This document shows, piece by piece, positions 19,543-29,321 of a DNA stretch of 64,000 nt. The DNA is from a virus. The DNA is taken from positions 1 through 64,000 of the IMG/VR virus record IMGVR_UViG_3300032038_000062. One strand, written 5' to 3'. Positions within the stretch are counted from its first letter, which is position 1. Each line of letters begins with the position of its first letter. The translations under genes were made by a program, and so were the position numbers. The notes beneath the pieces are model-generated. The model made no database searches and was not told the origin of the DNA. It was given only the letters and a program-made list of their open reading frames with translations.

Positions 19543-20104
19543 AGAATTTACTACCTCCCTCAATAATTTCATCAAGAGTACACGGCGCCCAGTGCATATA
19601 AGGAACCATACAGCCAACATTATAACTGCGGATTTCCTTTTCAAGCAACGCCGCCACTTCTCTATCCACTCTCATTTGGATATTCCATTGGAAACTCACG
19701 TGGACATGAGCATAGAGTTGATAGCCGCCGTGGTATTGGTAGTCATAAGAACTCATAGGGAAATGAGTAAGGACTACTTTGCGCCCGTTATCCTCAATTA
19801 CATCGCTCTTCTCAATTTCTACAAAAAGTTTCCTAAAATCAGCATTACGCAAAAGTTTTTTATCGTGGTTTCCCACAATTAAGTGTTTCTTTCCATTAAG
19901 TTGGTTAAAGAGTTCGATTGTATGCTGCGCGCCGTACCAACTTACATCGCCAAGAATATAAACGTGGTCATCAATTCCGACCTTATCATTCCAAGCTTTA
20001 ATTAGACCGTTATCGTGGTCTTCAATCGTATCAAAAGGACGATTATCAAAGGCAAGACAATTCTTATGTCCGAAGTGAAGGTCACCAATATAAAAATTAG
20101 CCAT
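19496..20104 (-). CDS. Calcineurin-like metallophosphoesterase (Ser/Thr phosphatase-like)
   Basis: Motifs GDLHFGH, ILGDV, GNHD, THFP. Confidence 0.7.
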   Translation of the reverse strand: MANFYIGDLHFGHKNCLAFDNRPFDTIEDHDNGLIKAWNDKVGIDDHVYILGDVSWYGAQHTIELFNQLNGKKHLIVGNHDKKLLRNADFRKLFVEIEKSDVIEDNGRKVVLTHFPMSSYDYQYHGGYQLYAHVHVSFQWNIQMRVDREVAALLEKEIRSYNVGCMVPYMHWAPCTLDEIIEGGSKFYASNELFEGEPKNNP

Positions 20105-20387
20105 ATTTTATCCACGCTCCTAACCTTTTAGTTAATGTATCGAACGCTTGGTTACGCTTAGCTTTTGAAAGGAAATTTACCCTTACTTTTCTACTTCCAA
20201 CAATCAATACAATATCGTAGTAATAACCACGCATTATCTTACTATCTTGTTTATAGTAAGCACAAATTTCCTTAAAAGGAACAGTAATAGTTTTTGTGCC
20301 ATCTCTAAAAGAGATTCTATCCGCACTTTTTAGATTAGCATTATAACCATCATAGCACTCATTTACAGATATATTCTCACCAATCAC
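20097..20387 (-). CDS. Hypothetical protein
   Basis: 96-aa ORF with overlapping start/stop arrangement. Confidence 0.45.
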   Translation of the reverse strand: MIGENISVNECYDGYNANLKSADRISFRDGTKTITVPFKEICAYYKQDSKIMRGYYYDIVLIVGSRKVRVNFLSKAKRNQAFDTLTKRLGAWIKYG

Positions 20388-20674
20388 TCTTTCCTTTCCT
20401 CCTTTCCTTTTTCTTTAAAGTAGGAACAGCCAAGGTCATTAAATGCCTGCACAATATCTTCGGGCGTTACATCCACATTAGTGCCGCAAAAGTCATAAAC
20501 TCTTGTGACCTTAACCTCAAATATTTCGTCTATACCCCAGTTCTTTTCAATTTCTGCAACAGCAGCCGCTAAAGTATCTGTTCCTGCGGCGACTAAGCCG
20601 AAAGCAGTACCGAATTGTTCTTCCTCGCTACAATCGTTAAAAAATACTACTTTATAAGCAAACAAATGAGCCAT
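20384..20674 (-). CDS. Hypothetical protein
   Basis: 96 aa; directly downstream of a conserved promoter plus leader. Confidence 0.5.
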   Translation of the reverse strand: MAHLFAYKVVFFNDCSEEEQFGTAFGLVAAGTDTLAAAVAEIEKNWGIDEIFEVKVTRVYDFCGTNVDVTPEDIVQAFNDLGCSYFKEKGKEERKE

Positions 20675-20679
20675 ATTTC

Positions 20680-20760
20680 ATTTCCTTTCTTAACTTTTCT
20701 ATATATATTATATCAAAAAAAATATAAAAAATCAAATTAAAAAGCCCTCTCGTAAGTAAG
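20680..20760 (-). promoter_or_regulatory. Conserved minus-strand promoter TTGATT-N17-TGaTATAAT with leader ATATATAGAAAAGTTAAGAAAGG; rho-independent terminator hairpin (AAGCCCTCTCGTAAGTAAGAGGGCTT) at 20729-20758
   Basis: Reverse complement of 20686-20737 reads TTGATTTTTTATATTTTTTTTGATATAATATATATAGAAAAGTTAAGAAAGGAA then ATG. Confidence 0.65.
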
Positions 20761-20770
20761 AGGGCTTCTT

Positions 20771-21634
20771 TTACACATACTTGTCCAAGCCGAATTCCTT
20801 CATAATCTTCTCGATATTGAAGTTATTTTGCATACAATCCTCAAGGGTAATGTAAACGCTATTTTCATCGAGAATTTTGTTCTCTACCACATACTGATGA
20901 AGTTCATCGTGACTCAATTTTTTCATTATATCCGTACCGTAACCAAAACTATAACCATAGTCAGTTAAATTAGGAAGAGTTTCAAGATACTTAAATCCAA
21001 TTCTACGCTCCCAAGAAGCGTTACAAAGAGGAAAAGTAACTCGCTTCAAATCAAGCGGCTCTCGCCAATTCTTAACATCAACTGTACAGAACACATTTTC
21101 TTTACTTTGAGTTGCTGAATAGAGAAATGCTTTAACCGCAACTCGAATACCAGAAAGTTCAAGACGATTAATTATAGAACAAATTGCAATTCCGCCTTTT
21201 ACAAAATCTTGGGCATCTGTACCGCAACAACTATTATTAGCATAACCAATAGTAAGAACACGGTTCTTTCTCATTACTTGGTCACGAGTCATCATAGAAT
21301 TGGGAAGACCAAGAATAGCATTGGGAACACAAGGAGCAAAACCAACAATTCCAGTTTTCATACCGCCCGCATTGACCTTTAAATCCTTATTATTCCTTAC
21401 AACACCGCGGTCAATATCTTTAATTGGACCCTCCCAGCCCTTTTCAAGGAGATTAAATGCTTCTTCAAGACTTTGAGTTCCAGTCCAACTAGTATCACTT
21501 TTTCCAGAAGAGTGCTCGTCCGACATAGCCTTATTATTTTGCGTACGTTTTCCAAGAGTTTGGACAAGATTACGTACGCCAGAAAAGTGCTCAAATAACA
21601 ACTTACTCTTTGTTACTTCACTATAATCTCCCAA
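20771..21634 (-). CDS. Hypothetical protein, downstream partner of the AAA+ ATPase
   Basis: 287-aa ORF 12 nt after the ATPase gene. No clear MIDAS motif. Confidence 0.5.
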   Translation of the reverse strand: MGDYSEVTKSKLLFEHFSGVRNLVQTLGKRTQNNKAMSDEHSSGKSDTSWTGTQSLEEAFNLLEKGWEGPIKDIDRGVVRNNKDLKVNAGGMKTGIVGFAPCVPNAILGLPNSMMTRDQVMRKNRVLTIGYANNSCCGTDAQDFVKGGIAICSIINRLELSGIRVAVKAFLYSATQSKENVFCTVDVKNWREPLDLKRVTFPLCNASWERRIGFKYLETLPNLTDYGYSFGYGTDIMKKLSHDELHQYVVENKILDENSVYITLEDCMQNNFNIEKIMKEFGLDKYV

Positions 21635-21646
21635 TCTAAAACCTCC

Positions 21647-22852
21647 TTAAATACAAGTTTTTAGAGCCTTATAATATTTATTGCTCTTATACTCCATATC
21701 GTTTGCGATGATGTTACGGTCATCAGTAGACAAGCCCTTCAAGAGAGAGATATTAAGAACAGTCTTAATATCCATAGTACCTTCGAGCTTAGCAATGCGC
21801 TCAATCGCACGATAGGTTGCAAGGTGATGGATATGTGCCTTTTGTACTGCCTTACGGAAATCGTGGATAAAGGTAATCAACTCGTTGTTGCCATTTGCAA
21901 CAGCTTCCTCAATCTTAGGAGAATAGTCAATCTCCATCAAGGCATACCGGTCAAGAGAAGCGGCGTCAAGCTGATAACGACCGGTATACTCAATATCGGC
22001 GCCAGTACCGTAAGTGTTACCCGCAGCGATTACTCGGAAATCTTCGTGCGCAGTAACCTGACCAGTAGGAAAGTCAAAGTAACCGTTTGCGATTGCCGCA
22101 TTCAAGATAATAAGAACTTCGGGAATAGAACCGTCCATCTCGTCGAGGAAGAACAAGCCGCCATCTTTAAAAGCCTTATAAAAGGCAGTTTCGTGGTAAT
22201 GACCGTTAGCGTCGATAAAACCAGTCAACTTATACTCCTGAGTTACAGCGTTGGTAAAATAGAAGTTCAAACCTAAACCAGCGGCTACTTGCTGTGCAAG
22301 TACGTTCTTACCAGTGCCAGCGGGCCCCGCCAAGAAAACGGGAATTGCGGCAGAAACAAGAGTGAGTACGTCATCAAACTTCTCGTGGGTTACGCCAGTA
22401 ATCTTATTAATTGCATTGGGAGTAACAATTTCATGGCGCTGAGGAAGAAAACCAAACTCGTCAATGAGTCTTTTACGAACTACAGGGTAAACTTCCTTAA
22501 AGATAGACTCAGTAGAAGCCTCCGCAACAGTCTTGAAGAATAGCTCTTCCAACTTGCCACCAAGACCACTGCTTTCTCCACCGGCGGGCACAGTAACACC
22601 AGACATAGGAACTCCATCATAGTTATGACGCATCTTTTCAAGAGCCTTTTCCGCAGCGTTCTTATGGAAAGCCGCACGCTCAATTACAGGAGCGGGCAAA
22701 CCTTTTCTACCAGCTTCAATGCTGTTAAACTTATTACGAGGGTCGTAGTAGTGTCCCTGAAAAAGCAAGTAAAGATTCTTGCCGCCCTTTGCGAACTCCT
22801 CAGTATCAATTACATAGGTAATATTATCTTTTGCATAAACTACAGTAAACAT
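21647..22852 (-). CDS. MoxR / CbbQ / CobS-like AAA+ ATPase (AAA_5 type)
   Basis: Walker A LAGPAGTGKN, Walker B LFFLDEMD, sensor region. About 170-aa N-terminal extension of unknown function. Confidence 0.7.
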   Translation of the reverse strand: MFTVVYAKDNITYVIDTEEFAKGGKNLYLLFQGHYYDPRNKFNSIEAGRKGLPAPVIERAAFHKNAAEKALEKMRHNYDGVPMSGVTVPAGGESSGLGGKLEELFFKTVAEASTESIFKEVYPVVRKRLIDEFGFLPQRHEIVTPNAINKITGVTHEKFDDVLTLVSAAIPVFLAGPAGTGKNVLAQQVAAGLGLNFYFTNAVTQEYKLTGFIDANGHYHETAFYKAFKDGGLFFLDEMDGSIPEVLIILNAAIANGYFDFPTGQVTAHEDFRVIAAGNTYGTGADIEYTGRYQLDAASLDRYALMEIDYSPKIEEAVANGNNELITFIHDFRKAVQKAHIHHLATYRAIERIAKLEGTMDIKTVLNISLLKGLSTDDRNIIANDMEYKSNKYYKALKTCI

Positions 22853-22981
22853 ATGTATTATCTTCTCCTTTCAGTATAGCCTTTTTATTTATTGCTTTCT
22901 TAACTTTTCTATATATATTATAACAGAAAAAATATAAAAAGTCAATATGTTATATTGCTTTTTTAATAAAAAGGCGGGAAA

Positions 22982-23608
22982 TTATAATGCGAAAGTTGTC
23001 TCACTTCCGTCTTCTTGTTGAGTAATATACCGCGTTCTTCTAAAAGGTATTCCACAATTTGGGCAAAAATTTAACCCCGCCACCTCTTCTTTATCAGAAT
23101 TAATTTTAAAACCACAAGCGCCGCAGCGATAAGAGAATTGATTTGGCTCATTTGTTTTTACACGAATCTTCTCAAAATATCTTTTATTATCTGAAGTTAT
23201 TGTTTCTATTAAATTTAAACCCGCTAAAAAAGGAGTAGGATTACTAGCACTAATAGAAGCCTCCGCTAAAACTTCCTCAACAGCTATGCGCTCCATATAT
23301 TGAAGAAATTTTAGTCCAGAAGGTGGTTGTACTGCTGTATTATAACTACCACAACTTTGACAAAAATATTGCAGTTCACCTTGAAAAAGTGGCTTACCAC
23401 AGCATCCACAACGCCCTTCATCTTGCTTAACGGGATAAGATATTATACGAGAATCTCTAAGTTGTTTTTGTACTTGTTCTATATCTCGTTTTTCCTCTTC
23501 TTTATAACCGCCGCCTAGTTTTTCTACCGCCAAATGCAAACCAATTATATTTCCATCTATAGCTTCAAAGAACTTATCATCATAATATATTTTTTCTGCC
23601 ATAAACAC
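22982..23608 (-). CDS. Hypothetical protein with two zinc-ribbon motifs
   Basis: CGCCGK...CQSCG and CGACG...CPNCG. Confidence 0.5.
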   Translation of the reverse strand: MFMAEKIYYDDKFFEAIDGNIIGLHLAVEKLGGGYKEEEKRDIEQVQKQLRDSRIISYPVKQDEGRCGCCGKPLFQGELQYFCQSCGSYNTAVQPPSGLKFLQYMERIAVEEVLAEASISASNPTPFLAGLNLIETITSDNKRYFEKIRVKTNEPNQFSYRCGACGFKINSDKEEVAGLNFCPNCGIPFRRTRYITQQEDGSETTFAL

Positions 23609-23613
23609 TCCTA

Positions 23614-23838
23614 CTACATTTCTGTATCTACCTCATATAAACTGCAATATCTCGCTCTACTAAAAATATACGCTTTACGGCGCACAATGCAATAAATATC
23701 ACTATAGACCGAACCGCCTCTTCCATGAACACAATAACGGCATTGTGGATGTTTTTCTCTATATTTTACTACATCCTTCTCCTTATCTGTCGCTTGAGTT
23801 GTTTTATTCACCATTGCTTTTAAATCAAGCCCCATCAT
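23614..23838 (-). CDS. Hypothetical small Cys-containing protein
   Basis: ORF 23614..23949, trimmed to the internal MMGLD start to avoid a 125-nt overlap. Confidence 0.3.
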   Translation of the reverse strand: MMGLDLKAMVNKTTQATDKEKDVVKYREKHPQCRYCVHGRGGSVYSDIYCIVRRKAYIFSRARYCSLYEVDTEM

Positions 23839-24193
23839 TAACACCTTTAACTCTTGGATACCAACAATTAAAATCATTAATATCTTTTTCTTCATTCCGA
23901 TAAACTTCATATATTGAAGTTGGGTACATCGCACCACAAGTACTGTCATAATAATAAAAACAAAAATAGCGTCCTTTTATCTCTTTTACAATAGCTATAT
24001 CTTGTACTAGCACAGCGCGACCGCATATCTCATTCCACCAATACTCTTTTACCCCATTTCGTAAAACATAGTATTGAATAACTGTACCAACATCATTAAG
24101 TATATTCCTATCATCTTGGTTTAAATCTTTATCGAGAAGAAGATTATTAAGTGCCTTATTCTTCCTTTCTTCTGTAATACTGCCGCCGAACAA
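23825..24193 (-). CDS. Hypothetical protein
   Basis: 122-aa ORF. Confidence 0.45.
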   Translation of the reverse strand: MFGGSITEERKNKALNNLLLDKDLNQDDRNILNDVGTVIQYYVLRNGVKEYWWNEICGRAVLVQDIAIVKEIKGRYFCFYYYDSTCGAMYPTSIYEVYRNEEKDINDFNCWYPRVKGVNDGA

Positions 24194-24195
24194 TT

Positions 24196-24555
24196 TTATC
24201 CCTCCTTCTCAACCGTAAATTCTGGCTCCCAATCATAACTATATTTATCGAGTAAATCTTGATATTCTCTAGCAGCATATTCCCTCGCCGCCTCCGTTAC
24301 ACACTCAGATTCGGTTGTCCAGTTATCTCTATCTGAAAGAATTTTTTCAATTTCTTCTTTTGAAAATGTTCCTATCTTTTTGTAAGGCTTAGCTACCTCT
24401 TTCCAAGCGGCACTTATATATTTATCGTTTATATTTGAATTTCTTATCGCAGAATCATACATATCCTTACAATAACTACGATAAAATTCTAAAAATTTAT
24501 CATCTATCTTTACATCAAGACTTAAACGAACATTGATATTAAACTTAAAAAGCAA
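24196..24555 (-). CDS. Hypothetical protein
   Basis: 119-aa ORF. Confidence 0.45.
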   Translation of the reverse strand: MLFKFNINVRLSLDVKIDDKFLEFYRSYCKDMYDSAIRNSNINDKYISAAWKEVAKPYKKIGTFSKEEIEKILSDRDNWTTESECVTEAAREYAAREYQDLLDKYSYDWEPEFTVEKEG

Positions 24556-24925
24556 ATTCCATACCTACCCTTTCATTCTGTACGTCCCAATTACTAAATT
24601 CTCCATCACCCTCGATAAATTCAACTTTTAGTGGGTATCGACGCATTTCTTCTTTCATAAATTTTTTAATCACATCAACAAGTCTTTCTTCTTCATAGTA
24701 ACTATTATAAACTAGCCAACCTTTTTGTTCTTCATCTAGGCGTCCAGCAAATAAATCTCGTACATAGCCTTCATTAACTTGTGGGTGTGGAGCAAAAATT
24801 AAAGGGTGAGTTAAATAATGCTCACATAAATAACTATTAATAGCTTTTGCGGCATGTTGTAAACTAATTCTTCTTGATATAGTAACTTTATTAAAAGTGC
24901 CAGTGCATACTATTTCTTCACTCAT
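24545..24925 (-). CDS. Hypothetical protein (start MSEEIV)
   Basis: Conserved promoter plus leader sits immediately upstream of the ATG at 24925. Confidence 0.45.
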   Translation of the reverse strand: MSEEIVCTGTFNKVTISRRISLQHAAKAINSYLCEHYLTHPLIFAPHPQVNEGYVRDLFAGRLDEEQKGWLVYNSYYEEERLVDVIKKFMKEEMRRYPLKVEFIEGDGEFSNWDVQNERVGMEFAF

Positions 24926-25034
24926 ATCATATTCTCCTTTATTTTCTATATATATTATATCAAAAAAAACGTATAAAATCAAATAAATAAATAAGGAGTT
25001 AGATGACTAACTCCTTACTTTAATATATTATCGC

Positions 25035-25835
25035 TTACTTTGAATCAATATCACCAATATCTACGATAGTGCCACCGTCCGTAGAAACCTTTGGCAACTG
25101 ACCATTCCACTTCTCGATTTCTTTATTCTTAATTACCTTATCTGTCAACGAATCGTTCAAAAGTTTATTTGCTTCGGCGTCACCTTCAGCTTTAATTTTT
25201 GCTGCTTCTGCCTCAGCCTGTGCATTTGTAATAGCGGTCTGCTTCTCAGTTTCAGCCTTCAAGAGTTGTTGCTGGGCAACCTGCTTCTCTTCAATCGCAT
25301 TAATGAAGGCATCTGAGAAATCAAAATCAACAATATTAACATCAGTAATATATAGACCAATCTCATTCAGCTTTTCATTAAGTCCAGTAACAAGTCCCTC
25401 AGAAATCAAAATACGATTAGTCACGCTCTGCTCAGCAGTATATTCCGATACAATAGCCTTTAGCACTTCATTTACTGCGGGCACAACAAGTACATTTTCA
25501 TAGTCCGCACCAATGTTCTTGAAGATACTATAACTCTTTGCACTGTCTACTCGATAGTTAATTGCCAATACCGTACTGACACTTTGAAGGTCTTTTGAGA
25601 ATGCTTCGGTATTAACTTCTAGCTTCTGAATACGGTTATCAATGTCTTCTACTGACTGCACAAAGGGCGCCTTAAAGTGGATACCCTCTGAGAGAACACC
25701 TTCCTGTACACTGCCCATCGTAACTACGACGCCAGTATGACCGGGACTTACAATCGTAAAACAGTTGAACAGAACGATGATTGCGGCAATCGCAATGACT
25801 CCAATAACAATAACTCGCTTAATCAATTTCTCCAT
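25035..25835 (-). CDS. SPFH / Band-7 (prohibitin, HflC-like) membrane protein
   Basis: N-terminal TM then an SPFH-like region (GHTGVVVTMG...) and a C-terminal coiled coil (QQLLKAETEKQTAITNAQAEAEAAKIKAEGDAEA). Confidence 0.7.
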   Translation of the reverse strand: MEKLIKRVIVIGVIAIAAIIVLFNCFTIVSPGHTGVVVTMGSVQEGVLSEGIHFKAPFVQSVEDIDNRIQKLEVNTEAFSKDLQSVSTVLAINYRVDSAKSYSIFKNIGADYENVLVVPAVNEVLKAIVSEYTAEQSVTNRILISEGLVTGLNEKLNEIGLYITDVNIVDFDFSDAFINAIEEKQVAQQQLLKAETEKQTAITNAQAEAEAAKIKAEGDAEANKLLNDSLTDKVIKNKEIEKWNGQLPKVSTDGGTIVDIGDIDSK

Positions 25836-25919
25836 CTTATTAATTTCTCCTTTTTATTTAGTTTTAGTTTAAATGATGGTATGATTTACTTTTTAATTAA
25901 ATTTTAGATAACTCCTTTC

Positions 25920-26216
25920 TTAATATAAATCTTCACTATATAACTCGTTTTCAAGGCTATCGCGCTTTGCAACGAGAGTTGTAGTGCTTAATTGATGCCA
26001 CTCTTGAGCTTTTTCAAAAGCCTTATATCGGTCGTAAAAGATATTCCAATCATCAATAAAACCGTCTACCGTCGCGGTTACTTCCTTGTTCTTTATATCT
26101 GGTGAAAGCCGTTTGATATCTTCAAAAAGTTCATAACAATATGGGTGGCGGGCGCCGCAAACCATTAATTCCGTACCATCACGAAATTGAAATTTAACCG
26201 CCGCACTAACTAACAT
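25920..26216 (-). CDS. Hypothetical protein
   Basis: 98-aa ORF. Confidence 0.45.
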   Translation of the reverse strand: MLVSAAVKFQFRDGTELMVCGARHPYCYELFEDIKRLSPDIKNKEVTATVDGFIDDWNIFYDRYKAFEKAQEWHQLSTTTLVAKRDSLENELYSEDLY

Positions 26217-26226
26217 TTTAGCCTCC

Positions 26227-26532
26227 TTAATCTACCAATACGCCTGTTTTCGTATACCACCGATTTACAACTATGTGTTCTCGTCTTGGAAATACTTCAT
26301 AGGGCTGATTTTCATAGGAGTTTTCTTGATACTCTGTTAGACCAGCCTCCCACTCAACACAGAAGAACCTATTACCGACTTTAAAGATAGTTGTCATTGG
26401 CATCGTCCAGCGCTCTTTGTCGTAACTTTTTTGTTCATATTCTTCTAAAACATAGAACATATTTTCTATTTCTTCTTCGGAGAAGGTGTGACCGTTATCA
26501 AATTTTTCTAAAAAGTCCTTTTCATATTCCAT
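26227..26532 (-). CDS. Hypothetical protein
   Basis: 101 aa with the conserved promoter upstream. Confidence 0.45.
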   Translation of the reverse strand: MEYEKDFLEKFDNGHTFSEEEIENMFYVLEEYEQKSYDKERWTMPMTTIFKVGNRFFCVEWEAGLTEYQENSYENQPYEVFPRREHIVVNRWYTKTGVLVD

Positions 26533-26751
26533 ATTTATTTCCCTTTCTTAACTTTTCTATAATTATTATATCAAAAATATATAAAAAAGTCAAAAAGAAA
26601 AGGTTATCTTTTTAGTAAGATAACTAGTTTCTTTAAATATCTAACAATCCATTAATAAACAATAACAAAATTAATATAATAAACATACTAAGCCCAATCG
26701 TCTTCCATTAAAGTTCCACCGTTTTCTTCGAGCACTTTCTCTAATAACTCA

Positions 26752-28035
26752 TTACGGAAAGATTCCTGCATCTCTTCTGTATCCTCGCTTATATTCGTGG
26801 GGAAAGACAACTTCACCAATTCCATAGATATGATTCCTCCAAGAACTTACTATTAAAGCCACACTATATAATACTAAAGCAACGCAAAATACAACTTCAT
26901 AATTAAGTCCATTTTGTAATATAATTGCAGTAGTATTATTACCAGTTAATCCAGCAATAGCCCAAGCACTAAGCGCCAGTCCGTGGATTTCACTTACTTT
27001 TGAAAGTCCAAAATACTCTGTTAATAAGGCTGGTAATGTACTAAAACCGCCACCATAGCCAGCATTAACAACCAAAAGTAAAAGAACAATTATAAATGGT
27101 AGTATAGCTGAACTTCTAAATATAAGTGTAGAAATCAGCATAAAGATACAGCTAATAAAGATAATTTGATAAATTGTTTTTCTCGTTTTACAATGGTCAG
27201 ACAAGGTTGAGTAACCGATTCTGCCGCCAGCGTTAAATAAAGCAGTAATCATTGGAATTATAGCAGTCGCCGCAGCTAATCCAGTTAGATAAATATTGAT
27301 AATTTGTGTTTCATAGCTTATCAACATTAAACCACAATGGATATTAATAAAGAAGATAAGCCAAATTCTTCTAAAGTACCTATTCTTAAACATACTCAAA
27401 GAAAACTTTGGTATTTCTTTACTTTCAACCCAATCAATCGGTTTCTCTAATAAGAAATGACCGGTCATCATTATAATAAAATAAAAACCGCCTAAAATCA
27501 AGAACATTATCCAAATTCCAAACTGTGCGAGCAGCCAAGTCATAATGGGTGTGGCTATGGCTTTAGCTAAACCAAAACCAGCAATAGAAATGCCTGTTGC
27601 TAAACCCTTATTATCTTTAAACCATAGCATTAATGTTTTAACTGGTGAAAGATAACCTATTCCTAGTCCTATTCCCATTAATACACCATAGGATAAGTAA
27701 ATTCCTATAAGTGCTGGAATACCTTTTAATAATAGAATTGATAAACCAGTTCCTATCATACCACCGCTAAAGCATATTGCGGCGACAAGAGAAGATTTAT
27801 GAACATCTCTCTCAACATATCGTCCTCCAAAAGCCGCGGACATTCCCAAAAAGAAAATTGCTATTGAGAAAGCCCAGCCAACTGCAAATGGAGAAAGATT
27901 AACGTATTGCGCTATTTGGTCTTTAAAAGTAGACCAACAATATACTGTTCCTATTGAGCAGTGGATTAATAATGCTGGTATCGCGCCATTTAATATTTTA
28001 TTCCGTGTCATTATTCCTCCTTTATTCATATTCAT
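26752..28035 (-). CDS. MFS-type transporter (12 TM, OFA-like)
   Basis: 427-aa polytopic protein with MFS-like hydropathy periodicity. Confidence 0.65.
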   Translation of the reverse strand: MNMNKGGIMTRNKILNGAIPALLIHCSIGTVYCWSTFKDQIAQYVNLSPFAVGWAFSIAIFFLGMSAAFGGRYVERDVHKSSLVAAICFSGGMIGTGLSILLLKGIPALIGIYLSYGVLMGIGLGIGYLSPVKTLMLWFKDNKGLATGISIAGFGLAKAIATPIMTWLLAQFGIWIMFLILGGFYFIIMMTGHFLLEKPIDWVESKEIPKFSLSMFKNRYFRRIWLIFFINIHCGLMLISYETQIINIYLTGLAAATAIIPMITALFNAGGRIGYSTLSDHCKTRKTIYQIIFISCIFMLISTLIFRSSAILPFIIVLLLLVVNAGYGGGFSTLPALLTEYFGLSKVSEIHGLALSAWAIAGLTGNNTTAIILQNGLNYEVVFCVALVLYSVALIVSSWRNHIYGIGEVVFPHEYKRGYRRDAGIFP

Positions 28036-28321
28036 ACATCACATCATAACCGCGTGATTCTAAAAAATCATATATTTCCTTTGCCGCGCGACCTAATACT
28101 TCATAGGTTCTTCCCTTTCCATAAGAATCTTTCCATTCTATTATATATTGGAATTTTTCTGCAAGTTGTATATTATCTTTTACATCTTTTATAAAATTAT
28201 ATAAAGCTTTATGTCTAAAGGTACTTCTTTGACCTATTTCATAATAAACTTCAATATTGTATTCATAAATCGGTGGATGAAGGCTTACAGCTGGTGTTAT
28301 TATAAGGGTATATTCATTCAT
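28022..28321 (-). CDS. Small protein, Y-D-x-L-x-x-x-G-x-D-V family member 1
   Basis: C-terminal KEIYDFLESRGYDVMYEYE. Confidence 0.5.
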   Translation of the reverse strand: MNEYTLIITPAVSLHPPIYEYNIEVYYEIGQRSTFRHKALYNFIKDVKDNIQLAEKFQYIIEWKDSYGKGRTYEVLGRAAKEIYDFLESRGYDVMYEYE

Positions 28322-28704
28322 ATTTCCTCCTCACCAAATGGTAAATCAAGGGTTATTTTTTCTACAATACGTTCATCTGTTAAAATTACATCAAAATTCT
28401 CTTTAACTAACCAATCATAAATTTCCTCTTGAAAGTCTGTATTGCTATTAGATATATTTACAATACGATATTGTAAGTCAAAATGAGCACGGGCATATTC
28501 TTTAAATTTATTTAAACACACTTGACGGTCTTTAGAAGGATAAAATGTTTCGTCAAAAATACTACCAATTAATGGCATGACGTGAATAAAATAGCATTCT
28601 TCTGTGAAAGTACCATCAACTTGCACTATATATTTACTAAATTCCTCCCCAACTCTTTTTATGAGGTCAGATTTAGTTATAAGAGTAATTTTATTTTCTT
28701 CCAT
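28318..28704 (-). CDS. Small protein, family member 2
   Basis: C-terminal EEIYDWLVKENFDVILTDE. Confidence 0.5.
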   Translation of the reverse strand: MEENKITLITKSDLIKRVGEEFSKYIVQVDGTFTEECYFIHVMPLIGSIFDETFYPSKDRQVCLNKFKEYARAHFDLQYRIVNISNSNTDFQEEIYDWLVKENFDVILTDERIVEKITLDLPFGEEEI

Positions 28705-28706
28705 TA

Positions 28707-29018
28707 TTACACCTCAAACAGTACATCATTCTCGTGTTCTATCAATATATTATAAACTTCATTTATAAAATCTATCTCTTCTTTTGGGCTATCCTTTCTT
28801 GTTACGATAATAAAGGTGTATTGAGGAAGTGATATCGCCGCAGTCGCTATTTCTCCTAATACCGCAGTTTTATGACGAGAAGACGATGACATAAAATTAT
28901 GAGTCCAACATAACAAGTTAATATGGTGAGCCGAAAAACCAACCGAATAAATTACATTATCAACGGTTTGTTGTGCCATTAGAATTAGTCTTATTTCTTT
29001 CTTTTCTTTGGGTTCCAT
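28707..29018 (-). CDS. Small protein, family member 3
   Basis: C-terminal NEVYNILIEHENDVLFEV. Confidence 0.5.
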   Translation of the reverse strand: MEPKEKKEIRLILMAQQTVDNVIYSVGFSAHHINLLCWTHNFMSSSSRHKTAVLGEIATAAISLPQYTFIIVTRKDSPKEEIDFINEVYNILIEHENDVLFEV

Positions 29019-29300
29019 TTAATCACCTTCACCTTCCCATAATAAAACATCTACTCCGCATTTTAATAAATGGTCATATACACGCATCGTAAACTGTATA
29101 TCTTTTTCGTCTTTATCTTCTGTTATTTTTATATAAATCTGTTTTTCTTTCCATTCACAAAAACACCGCTCTTCAAGAAGAGTTATTAAATTATCCATTG
29201 TATTAATCCAGCCATCAATGGAATAATCACTATAACACATAACACAGTATTCATTTTTATTGTGCAGACAAAAACAATTTAAGAGCACTTTATTCTCCAT
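29019..29300 (-). CDS. Small protein, family member 4
   Basis: C-terminal MRVYDHLLKCGVDVLLWEGE. Confidence 0.5.
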   Translation of the reverse strand: MENKVLLNCFCLHNKNEYCVMCYSDYSIDGWINTMDNLITLLEERCFCEWKEKQIYIKITEDKDEKDIQFTMRVYDHLLKCGVDVLLWEGEGD

Positions 29301-29321
29301 AAATACCAGTCATCTTCCTTC

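Noticed and set aside
19592-19961. Plus-strand ORFs 19592..19882 and 19779..19961 inside the phosphoesterase gene
   Set aside because: Antisense to a gene with clear catalytic motifs.
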